Below are positions 53,641 through 64,000 of a stretch of 64,000 bases of DNA, piece after piece. The translations under genes were made by a program, and so were the position numbers. Source of the stretch: Eledone cirrhosa (Eukaryota); contig OZ024747.1 in assembly GCA_964016885.1 (NCBI GenBank), forward strand, positions 66,588,001-66,652,000, read 5' to 3'. How positions within the stretch are numbered: position 1 is the first letter of the stretch; the number at the start of each line of letters is the position of its first letter. The notes under the pieces were generated by a model. It saw only the letters and a program-made list of their open reading frames with translations. It did no database searches and was not told the origin of the DNA.

Positions 53641-54832
53641 CTCTGAACTCATGTGTATACATCATAATTACTGTTACTATACTCTGATATCTGATTCTCA
53701 GACTTCCAGAGCTAAAGAGAGAACATATTTTGGTTTTAGGTTTTTATTTCAATAAAACTCTATTGCAACATATTGTATCTATTTGCTGTTGTTCTATAGC
53801 AAAAGGTCTCGATACCAAAATGATGTGTGGGCAAGGGAACATTTGTTTCATGTAAATACATTAAAACGGGTGAAGTGTTTCGAAACAATTCATGGCTTTT
53901 AAAGGATCTAATATATAATATGGCTGCTTAAGTAAAGCCAGTTGTTTGGAATGTAAAATCATTCGAAGACACACATACATTAACAAATTCATTTAGTTTA
54001 CCTTTCTCTTCACATATATATTAACACACACGTACAAACAGGCGCATAACTCTTAACTTACACATGTACTATTCAGACAAACACATAGATATTGAGATAA
54101 TCACATATACTGTATAGTTCACCTGTTTGTACACACATGTACAAACAGACATATACATATACATTGACATATTTTAAGTTCTCACTTATACACAAACAGA
54201 CACGATCATATTCATATTAACACACACACACATCTTTCTCCCCAGTTATTTCACACACGTGGAAGTATATACATATGCATACATTCACACACACGTACAC
54301 TACATTCTCAATTATACATGTACCCACGCGCACAAACAGATAAATATATACACATTAACACATATATACTACCTTCTCCGCACTTATACATGTACACACA
54401 CGTGCAAACATATTCATGAGTCTCGAAAAGCAAAGCTTTAAACATGCAATAAAATCTAAATATATTCCAGCTGTACCAATATTGAAATACCGTGAGAGAT
54501 AAACAAAAGGAAAGATAGGTGTAGTGAGGGAGAGATAAAAAAAGGAAAGTTGTGTGAGAGAAAGAGATGGAGAGAAAAGGAAAGAAAAAAGGGATAGAAA
54601 TTAAGAGAGAGAGAGAGAGGAAGACTGAGAGGGGGAGAGAAAGGAGATTTAAATATATTGAGTGAGATAATCAAACAAAGAAAAAGATAAGAAAAGGAAA
54701 AATATAGTGAGAGAGAGAGAGAGAGGGGGGGGGGGGAGAAAATGATAGATATTGAGTGATAGTGAGAAAGGGATAGGTAGGAAAAAAATGAGCGATAAAA
54801 ATAGTACATGTGTGTGTGAGCAGAGAGAGAGG

Positions 54833-54874
<42 letters not shown>

Positions 54875-55185
54875 CAAATAAGTGGTAATAACGATAAAGT
54901 AAGAGCTGAGGTAGATTCGATTAAGCTAGTATTTTATTGATTAAAGCTGACGACAAATATTTATTATTGAGTTTTTCATTGCTTTACAAGTTTCCAGTGA
55001 ATGAAATAGGTGCTGAGAGCTGTTGGTATCTCTTATAATAGAATTAAATACAGCTGAAGGCTAACGAAGCTGTTTCTGGAATAAAGCTAACGGTAAACAG
55101 ATAGCAGTGCAAGAGCTAGAGTTCAGTTTAGAATGTCGGTGCAGCATGGCTGAATCTATAATTATTTATTACTATTATTATTATT

Positions 55186-55940
55186 GTGAATAAAGTAAAG
55201 TACCAGTAATGTACTGGTGATTTGCTGGCCTTGTGCCAAAAGTAGAAACAATTATTATTATTGTGAATGCAATAATAAAGATTGGTGGATTAGCAGTATC
55301 TGTAGAGCGTCGGACAACAGGCTTTGCATCAGAGAGTTACAGACCTTTATGATCTGAGTTCAAATCCCGTCGAGGTTAACTTTGCCTTTCATTCTCCCGG
55401 GGTCGATAAAATAAAGTACCAGTAATGTACTGGAATCAATTTAATCGACTTTCCCCTCTTTCAAAATTACTGGCCTTTTGCCTATATAAGAAACCATTAT
55501 TATTATTGTGGATGCACTAATAAAGGGCGGTGGATTGGCAGAATCTGTAGAGCGTCGAACATGCTGTACGGCATATAGTTACGTCCCTTTACGTTCTGAG
55601 TTCAAATCCCGTCGAGGTTAGCTTTGAAAGTACCAGTAATGCACTGGCGTGGATTTAATCAACTTTACCCTATCCTTAAATTGTTGGCCTTGTTCCTAAA
55701 TCGGAAACCATTATTGTGGATGCAAGGGCGGTGTACTAGCAGTATACGTAGAGCGTCGAACATGCTATGCGACATATAGTTACGTCCCTTTACGTTCTGA
55801 GTTCAGTTCCCACTGAAGTTAACTTGGCCGTTCATCCTTACAGGGTCGATAAATAAAGTACCAGTAACTCAGTGGGATCGATATAATCGATTTTCCTATT
55901 TCCTTCAAATCGCTGGCCTTCAGTAGAAACCATTATTATC
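55186..55940 (+). mobile_element. Head-to-tail array of four SINE family A copies (first is tail only)
   Basis: Copies separated by TTATTGTG(G/A)ATGCA. Confidence 0.88.
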
Positions 55941-56290
55941 GTGGATGCAGTGGGACTGAATGTTTAAGAAGTTTGCTTCGTATTCATTAGGACCGGGTTC
56001 AATCCCATTGGTGGCATCTTGGACAAATGTCATTTACCATAGGCTCTGGTTTGATCCGTGCTTTATGAGTGAATCTGAGTAGACGGCAACGGGTGGACTG
56101 TACCTGAAGTTCAAAGGACCAGACTTGTTATACAATGCCATGCTGAATCTCCCTGAAAATTTTATTAAGGACACACATGTCTTTGGAATCCTCAGTCACT
56201 TACAGATTAATTTTATGAGCAAGGTGTTCCGTTGATCGGACAACTAGAACATTCTTCGTTCTTCGTTGAAACCGTTGGACGTCTATTCCA
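55941..56290 (+). mobile_element. SINE family B
   Basis: GGGTTCAATCCC B-box and shared 3' body. Confidence 0.7.
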
Positions 56291-56951
56291 CTTTACCTTT
56301 TTTTTTAAATTTTATTTTTCATCTCAATATTTCAGCAATACGACTTGAAACCTTCGCGGATATCAGTTGGAGATTTATATTTCAATTTCATTCGATAAAT
56401 AAATAAATTATTGCAGCATTATGTTAGGACAATGAGTCATTACTTTAGTACCTAACGATTGTCAGAATCGTTACAACATCGGAAAAAATAGTTTGAGGTA
56501 TTTCTTTGCCTGTCTTTACGTTCAAAGTTCAAATCCCAGAGTTCAACAGTGGTTTCATTGTCCCATGGTCCATAAAATTAAATACTAGGGTTGATATAAC
56601 CAACGTCCCACCACTTAAATTACTGGCCCGGTGGCTAGCTTAGAAAGTGTGTTATTAATAATAAAAAAAGTTGTTTATTAAATTTCTTTAATATTGTAAG
56701 TTCAAATCCCTGTGAGGTTCGACTTTAGTAACATGAGATTTATTAATGTTACTATTGTCATGTTTTGTGAAGAAAGGCCATTTTCTATCTTTATTGACGA
56801 TTTTACAGGAGTGATTATGTGTTATTTACAGGAGTCATTATGCGCTATTGGAATGGTCCTACGTCGGTTTCGACTATGAATGTTCCAGTTGTTCGATCAA
56901 CGGAGCCACCTGTTCGTGAAATATACATGCGAGTAGCTGAGTATTACAATT

Positions 56952-57367
56952 CAACCAATCTTGCTATATGGAAGTGAACCATGGACGCTTTCATCCAAAC
57001 AACAAAAGCACCTTGATGGCACCTACACTCGCCTGCTTCAACGCATTCAAAACATAAGCTAGCGACATCTGACTTTGAGAGAGATATATGCCGGCCTCCC
57101 ACGCATATCTGTTGTTTTACGTAAAAGGAGAGTAAGATTTGCTGGCCACTACCATCGTGCCACCTATGAGGCTGTGTCTCCATTAGTGCTTTGGAAACCA
57201 CAAACAGTCACTAATAACAGGAGGCGCAAGCTCTCCTATCCCGATGTCATCTCCAGAGATTCTGGTATTGAAATCCAGGACTTGGCAACGGCAATGAACG
57301 ACAGACCTACGTGGAGATCAATTGTTGAGTCGATTTCGGCTGAGGCTGCCGGATAATGATGATGATG
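56952..57367 (+). mobile_element. 5'-truncated RTE/RTEX-like LINE 3' end with (GAT)n tail and TSD
   Basis: LLYGSEPWTL..LDGTYTRLL..IS*..RRVRFAGH..MNDRPTWR; 9-bp TSD ATTACAATT at 56943-56951 and 57368-57376. Confidence 0.8.
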
Positions 57368-57379
57368 ATTACAATTGTT

Positions 57380-57760
57380 TTGGACTATTTGGTGTGTATC
57401 TCAATGTTGGGTGACTCTTTAGTGTATGGTAGTGTTAGAGGGACTATTTAGTGTTTGGCAGTATTGCAAGGGGTTATTTAGTGTACGGTAGAGTAGCAGA
57501 GAAGTATTTAGTGTATGGTAGTATTGGAGGGAAGTATTCAGTGTAGGTCAGTGTTGTGGGGGGCTATTATTGTATGGCAATGTTCAATAGGATTACAAGG
57601 TGTATGTCAATGTTCAGTGGCACTATGGTGTATGGTAGTATTCCATGGGACTACGCGGTGTATGGAAATGTTAGGGGGAATACCTGGTGTATGGTAGTGT
57701 TCAGTGATACTACGTATTTTATGGCAATCTTTAGGCCATTCATGTAGGACATTATTCAGC
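57380..57760. repeat. Degenerate ~30-bp minisatellite
   Basis: Recurring TATTTAGTGTATGGTAGT(G/A)TT. Confidence 0.75.
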
Positions 57761-58189
57761 TGGACTAGTTGGTGTATAATACTGACAAGGGAAATTTTCT
57801 GAATATGTGACTCATCAATTTCTGTAATGGAAATAATTAACGTCATTTGCCATTATTGAACTTTTTCTAATATCAAATCATCATCATCCTCATCATCATT
57901 ATTACAATGCTCATCACCATCATCATCAACCAACACTATAGGCACTGGTCTCTTCTTCTTCCTCCCCCGCATCACGATCATTATCATTACAATGACGATC
58001 ATCAGCATTGCGATCATTACCATTAACACCAGTTCTTCAGATATATTTAATAACCGATGAAGATTGAGAGTCCTCCTTTAATCTGTCTCATTAATTACTA
58101 CCATACTGCCCAGTACAGTTAAATACACAGCGACTTCTATTCCAGTTATAATATTCTTCATATAATAATGGGTGCCACTGTAATGTTTG

Positions 58190-58390
58190 GTCTACCTGGT
58201 CAATTACTGTGTAGCGTCTTGTCTTCTTGGTCATTTATAGTTCAGCGTGCAGTCTTCCTGGTTATTTGAGGGAGTGGCCTCCCTGGTCATTTATAGCTTA
58301 GTACGCAATCTACCTGCCAATTTGCTGTACAGCGTGCGGTTTACTTGATCATTTATAATACAGCGTGCGGTCTATCTGCTCATTTTTAGT
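58190..58390. repeat. Degenerate ~30-bp minisatellite
   Basis: Recurring GTCTACCTGGTCATTTATAG..CAGCGTGC. Confidence 0.7.
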
Positions 58391-59513
58391 TTAGCTTCTG
58401 ATATCCATTATTATGTAAAAAAAGAAGATAATGAGAAAAAGGTAACTTTGTCAAAGTCATGCGAAGGCATTTTTATTGCATTAGCCAGAAACCGAAAGAA
58501 AACTGTGGTTTTAGAATCACCCCAAGACTTTCTGCAATACTCAAAAAGTACGAGAATTAAGAGGAATTTTGTTACCATCTCTATAAGGTCTAACAACATA
58601 ACCATGGCTTCCCTCTAGTGATTCGACCACTGGCATCACTTGTTCTCTTTTATGTACAAAAACTTTAAAGAACAAATATACTTTTGTCTCTCATTTTATT
58701 AGTCTCTTTAGACGCATTTTTTAGCTCGACTCACTAAATACGGCTGCCATAAAAACAAACTAGGCTTCATAACATATCAATCGGTTTGATTGCTCAGTCA
58801 CTTTATAGATATCTATCTGTTTGGTCGGCCACTTTATAGAGAGATATCTGGAGTGCATTAAACCAGAACGCCTATATACTTAAATGCGTTAATCTATTCT
58901 TCTTTATAAACTTCTACTAGAAGAAAAAACTATACTGTTTACATCAAGCTTTATCTATTAATGTAAGTCAACAGAGCATGGAGATCGTAAACTGTTTTGA
59001 CAATGATTAGAAGAAATATAACAATGCAATACGAATAGTTAAATAAACTAGAATGTGAATGGGAAACAATGAAGTTTACATGCTTCCAAAGCAAGACAGC
59101 GTTTCTCTAATGTATTTGACAAAGAAAACCATTCGATCAATACATCCAGTTCTTATCATATGTTCATACATGTCCATCTTGTTTGGGCAAATATTGACTT
59201 GTGAACTATTTAGATTCGGGTAAACATGTCTGCAAAAACTAATGCAGAATGGAGTTTGATTAAAAATGTGTACAATGTACATATCATAACAAAAGAGACG
59301 GGCCTTTTAACATTCTGTTTAAAGACAACATTGGATTAGTATAAAAATGAAAAAAAGACAATATATACGCATAATATTAATGAGGAGCAAAGAGGTCTCA
59401 TGAGATAGAAATGAAATTGAAAGTTTACCTATATTTTAGTTGAAACGGGGAATAAATTTGTGTGCTATATGAAATTAAAAAAAAAAGCCTTTGTTTCAAT
59501 GAGAACTTCTTCG

Positions 59514-59683
59514 ACAAAAAGCTCCATATCTCTCCTTTCTCCGATGAAGAGGCCTACGTTTCTCCAACAAAAAGCTCCACATCTCTCCTGTCTCCGATGA
59601 AGAGGCCTACGTTTCTCCAACAAAAAGCTCCACATCTCTCCTTTCTCCGATGAAGAGGCCTACGTTTCTCCAACAAAAAGCTC
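59514..59683. repeat. 53-bp tandem repeat x3.2
   Basis: Units start at 59514, 59567, 59620 and 59673; nearly identical. Confidence 0.92.
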
Positions 59684-60060
59684 AACCCTGTTCAATGCTA
59701 GAAGATCTGTCTTCTTTGTGGTAATATCATTTACCCGATTTCTGGAATATTTAGCCTGAGAAACTACGGACACAGACGATCTTTAGGATCCTTGGATCTA
59801 ACTGATTTGCTCAAAGACGACCATACGACAACGAGTTTAATAACGTAAATCTCGTAGAAATGCGCCTTCAATATGTATGTACGTATGTATGTATGTATGT
59901 ATGTATGTATGTATGTATGTATGTATGTATGTATGTATGTATGTATGCATGTATGTTTGTATGTATGTATCTGTGTGTATATATATATATAGTGGTAACA
60001 AAAAAGGGAGGTTATATCAGTAGTTGGGAGAGCACTAAGTCCAAAGAACGAGTTAGGTTT

Positions 60061-60199
60061 AGAGTTAGTTCCACAACAAATTAGCAAACCATACTCGAGG
60101 GCGCGTGTTTCACCGGTCGTATTTTCAACCCGTATATGGCTGCGGTGAGTACAGAAGTATATATACCTCGAGTATGGTTTGCTAATTTGTTGTGGAACT

Positions 60200-60205
<6 letters not shown>
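60061..60205. repeat. Inverted repeat, 40-bp arms, 65-bp spacer
   Basis: 60061-60100 versus 60166-60205: 39 of 40 positions complementary. Confidence 0.92.
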
Positions 60206-60275
<70 letters not shown>

Positions 60276-60298
60276 TATGTATGTGTGTGTGTGTGTGC

Positions 60299-60333
<35 letters not shown>

Positions 60334-60780
60334 GAACAATGAATGCAAAAGGCGAAGTTTAGTGCTTAATCAGTTCTTTGTTTTACGATCGTTTCAGAAA
60401 GTTGATTGTTCATGATAAATCGATATAGTGACTAATGGGTAGTAGTCATGTAACTCCATATTATTATTCTCGATATAACTCCTACCATTACTTTATTTAA
60501 TGTTACATTAATTAAAATTAGTTAGAAGTATTCTCTACTATATTTTCTTTAATCATTATCAATCATATATCCCTTAAATTGCGATGCATTTGTCCTATAT
60601 ACCTATCTATCTACTTCTTTATCAACTCACTACTATAGGAACTTGCGGGTGTTGTTATTGTGGTTCTTATCCACAGATTGGTACACTGGTAAGTATATAT
60701 AAATAGCAAGGTATGTAGATAGTTAAACATGTTCATAGATAGAAAGATAGGTAGATAGATAGATAGATAGATAGATAGAT

Positions 60781-62359
60781 TTCTTTATTAGCCACAAGGG
60801 CGCAACAAGAAAGGGGACAATACAAAGACATGCCGGGGATTTTACATACAGTCGTGTAAAAAATATAAAAACAAACAATTTCAACAATCGAAATCCCCAA
60901 TAGGGGGGGGGGGGGGCGCCACAAATGGGTTGTTTAATACCCCGTCGATAGAACAACCCTCAACTCAAGGAGCGTGTTGTGCAAGTGCTCCTTTCTTCCT
61001 TTTGCTCTCTTCCTCAACCTACAAGCTTATAAACAGAGAAGGCCCAATCACTCGGGCCATTTTCGCTTCATTCACCCAGCTTTCAGTAAATTTACTGGGG
61101 TGCAGTGCCTCTCTCTCCACCCTGATTCTCCTTCTAAAGTGATACTTAAAGAATGGAATCAATTGTTGTCCGGAGAGAAAGGCATCTGTCCTCAGTCCTC
61201 TCAACCTCGTCCACCATATAACTTCTTTCACCATAGCCACCGTACAGAGGAAAACCGCCTCTCTTTCGTTTTTGAAAGAGTCTGGCGGTTTGATCCTTAC
61301 TATGGACTCGGCAGTCAACTGTATTTGTCCCATACGCGACAGCAGTTGTTCTGCATAGTTCCACAGGTCGCTTACGCCCGGGCAGTGTACAATTGCGTGC
61401 AGAACTGTTTCAATGTCCTGCGCACATCTTGGACACGTCCTCTTGGAAGGATCCCTGCCAGGGCGTCCGTGCCTGTAGATCTTGTCACGAACCGGTAGAG
61501 CTCCTCGGTAGCACTGCCAGGCCAGGGACCTCTGGAAGTTGTCCATAGGTCCCGGGCGGAAAGTCCTACCAAACATACTGGTGAGCTCATCGTCTTCGAC
61601 GCCCAGAGTCTCTCCGAGCACGTCGTCGCCCTTGTAACGTACAATCCCTCTATAGAATGTCGAAGTGGAGTCTCCACTGATTGCTGCGCCCGCTTGCCAG
61701 AGGACTGTGAGCGCCTGAGCGCATTCAATGTGCCAGGCGCCCATCGTTTTCGGTCTTTTCTTCACCCAGGACTGCAGCTCCGTTAGCGAGACGAGCTGTG
61801 GGAAAGCCTGTCTCACAAACGGTGCCCACACCGGTTGGGGGTCGGTGAGGAATACCTGGAGATGCCGCAGCCTCAGCGCATGTTTGCGCATCATCAGCCA
61901 CGGCATTCCCAGCCCTCCGTTGGAAGGGTGCTGACAGCAGACAGATCTCCTCACCAGCGGAGCCTGCTTCTTCCACAGAAACTGGAAGAGCATGCGTTCC
62001 ATCTTGGCGAGGTGTTCACGGGGACAAGGCACGACAGTCAAGCGGTAGTAGATGACGGACGCTATGAAAGTGTTCGCCACCTCCGCTCGACCTTTCAAGG
62101 ACAGTTTGCACTCTGCCCACTTCTGAGTGAGTGCAAACACCTTGGCCGTGACCTCGTTCCAGTTTTTCTCCACCTGGAGGTCTGGACCGAACCAGACCCC
62201 GAGCAATTTCACCGGTCCGTCCATCCAGCGTCCAACGACGCTGTCGGATGTCATCGGTTTGCCTCTCCACGTACCGAGTTGCAAACCGACAGACTTGTCT
62301 GGGTTTAGTTTTGCTCCCGTCAGCGTTTCGTATTCTTTCAGTATGTTGCCGATCACCCC

Positions 62360-62360
<1 letters not shown>
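60781..62360 (-). mobile_element. 5'-truncated Tx1/L1-clade LINE inserted in (GATA)n
   Basis: GATA tracts abut both ends (to 60780 and from 62361); AATAAA immediately before the (TATC)n tail. Confidence 0.88.
61019..62360 (-). pseudogene. Uninterrupted C-terminal ~447 codons of ORF2 (RT thumb and zinc-binding region)
   Basis: GAKLNPDKS, VKLLGVWF, LSLKGRA, GGLG.P, CPRC..ETVLHAIVHC; the track N-terminus is microsatellite. Confidence 0.88.
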
Positions 62361-62401
<41 letters not shown>

Positions 62402-62843
62402 GAGGGAGCGAGAGAAATAGAGATACAACTAGAGATACAGACAGGCAGATATGTAGGTAGACAGATATATACAAACGTAGATAGTTATATATTGTTGTTG
62501 TTATAAACTATAGGCCCCCGAGTTGGATATGTCTTGTAATCGCTGTGTTTAAGAGAGTGGATTAGGGAGGAAAATATCAAACCTCATACATATAATATAC
62601 TATATTATAATATATTATATGTATAGACACATACATTATATGTATAGACACATATATTATATGTATAGACACATATATATATATGTGTGTGTGTGTAGTA
62701 TATGTATAGACACATATATTATATGTATAGATACATATATATATATGTTTGTGTGTAGTATATGTAATAAATACATAATTATATATATATATGTATATAT
62801 GTATATATGTATGTATATATATATACACAAACACACATACATA

Positions 62844-62977
<134 letters not shown>

Positions 62978-63175
62978 GCATCCATTGTTATTATCAAGAG
63001 ATAAGAAGATAAAATCGCCTGAAACAAAATATCGATCTTCAAATAAACCAGAAAATATACAAAACTTTACAAAAGAATCTCTTTTCTAAAATTTACTTTG
63101 CGTGTGGATTTATGTAAACATAGTATCATCCTTATTATCATTAGTATTATTCTCATCGTTATTATTATTATTATT

Positions 63176-63347
63176 GGGGAATTTTTCTTTGTTATTTTAT
63201 TACATCCTCTGTTTTTTTTACACGCAGAAATGCCCATTTGTACCGTCCTGTATTGTCCTGTACTGTCCTTAATGTCTACTCTATGTAAACCCTTGTGGTT
63301 AATAAAGAAAACATTATGATTATTATTATTATTATTATTATTATTAT
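63176..63347 (+). mobile_element. 3' stub of the Tx1-like family at 11061, within (ATT)n
   Basis: GCAGAAATGCCCATTTGTACCGTCCTGTA..CCCTTGTGGTTAATAAAGAAAACATTAT matches the reverse complement of 11056-11150. Confidence 0.85.
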
Positions 63348-63567
63348 TGAATGCTATGGTTGACGGAGGCTCGGCTCTGTAAGGTATTGTAAATTTTGAA
63401 CACTATAACAATTGTAAATTGTTTAAAACTTTAACGAACTTGTAGACAAAAACACCCTCCTCCTCGTGAGAGGGGTCTTTCTGCCCGTTATTTGGTCCTT
63501 CGGGGTTAAATAACTGCTTATTGGGGTTTTGTACCCAATATTTATTTTAAACAAAAAAAAAAACAAC

Positions 63568-64000
63568 ATGGCTACGAAAAAGAAATTTCATAGGTCACTC
63601 CCACTCATTCCGTCTTCTTCTTCCTCAATCATCACTACAGCAGAGAGAAGATTGTCTCTCTCCCTCCCTTCTTTAAATGTGTCTCTCTCCCTCCCTTCTC
63701 TTTCGCAAGCGACGAAAGAAAAGAAAAGTCTCGTGCAAAGCGTGCAAGGTTTCTCCACGACGACGACGACAGCGACGAAACAGGTGTGCGGGAAATACGA
63801 AAACCCAGTTCATTCGTCTGACGTCAGGAATAATAGCAGTAGCAGCCGTAATAACAACAGCAACAGTGACAATGAAAACAACAGTAGCAGCCGCAACAGC
63901 ATCACCAGCAGCATAAACAACAACAGCATTAGCAGCAGCAACACAAACAACAACCACAGCAACAGCGGCGGAGGCAGTAGTCGTAGTACCTGCAGCAACA
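63568..64000 (+). CDS. Open frame running off the window end (S/N-rich); possibly ORF1 start of a LINE
   Basis: AACAACATGG start context; MATKKKFHRSLPL... with no stop before 64000; begins ~220 bp after an (ATT)n tail. Confidence 0.35.
   Translation, partial: MATKKKFHRSLPLIPSSSSSIITTAERRLSLSLPSLNVSLSLPSLSQATKEKKSLVQSVQGFSTTTTTATKQVCGKYENPVHSSDVRNNSSSSRNNNSNSDNENNSSSRNSITSSINNNSISSSNTNNNHSNSGGGSSRSTCSN

Noticed and set aside
58930-59300. Possible hAT transposase relic (minus strand ELDVLIEWFSL..TLEK)
   Set aside because: A single weak motif; cannot be supported without a search
59514-59683. CRISPR-like periodicity (also 35670-35810 and the SINE array at 55181)
   Set aside because: No unique spacers, no cas genes, eukaryotic context

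Overview
AT-rich, microsatellite-saturated eukaryotic DNA (intergenic or intronic). The SINE families and repeat density resemble an Octopus/coleoid cephalopod genome; this is inference from recalled repeat families, not checked. I found no convincing host protein-coding gene. Most track ORFs are simple-repeat artefacts, and the real coding signal comes from retroelements. These are two tandem R4/Dong-clade RT+REL LINEs (one broken by a single stop codon), several Tx1/L1-like copies, RTE-clade remnants and a Penelope-like GIY-YIG fragment, plus more than 20 tRNA-derived SINE copies. Main unexplained structure: (1) at least six hammerhead-ribozyme motifs, two inside small ORF-less units with terminal direct repeats embedded in (TA)n (retrozyme/non-autonomous Penelope-like), and two sharing a non-canonical CAGAAGA core. 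(2) Each retroelement family sits in its own microsatellite type (TA, TAA, ATT/ATC, GATA, TATG). (3) A SINE tail carries clustered A-to-G changes resembling retrotransposed ADAR hyper-editing. (4) Long fold-back palindromes lie beside microsatellites. All structures were read by eye; no search or folding program was run.
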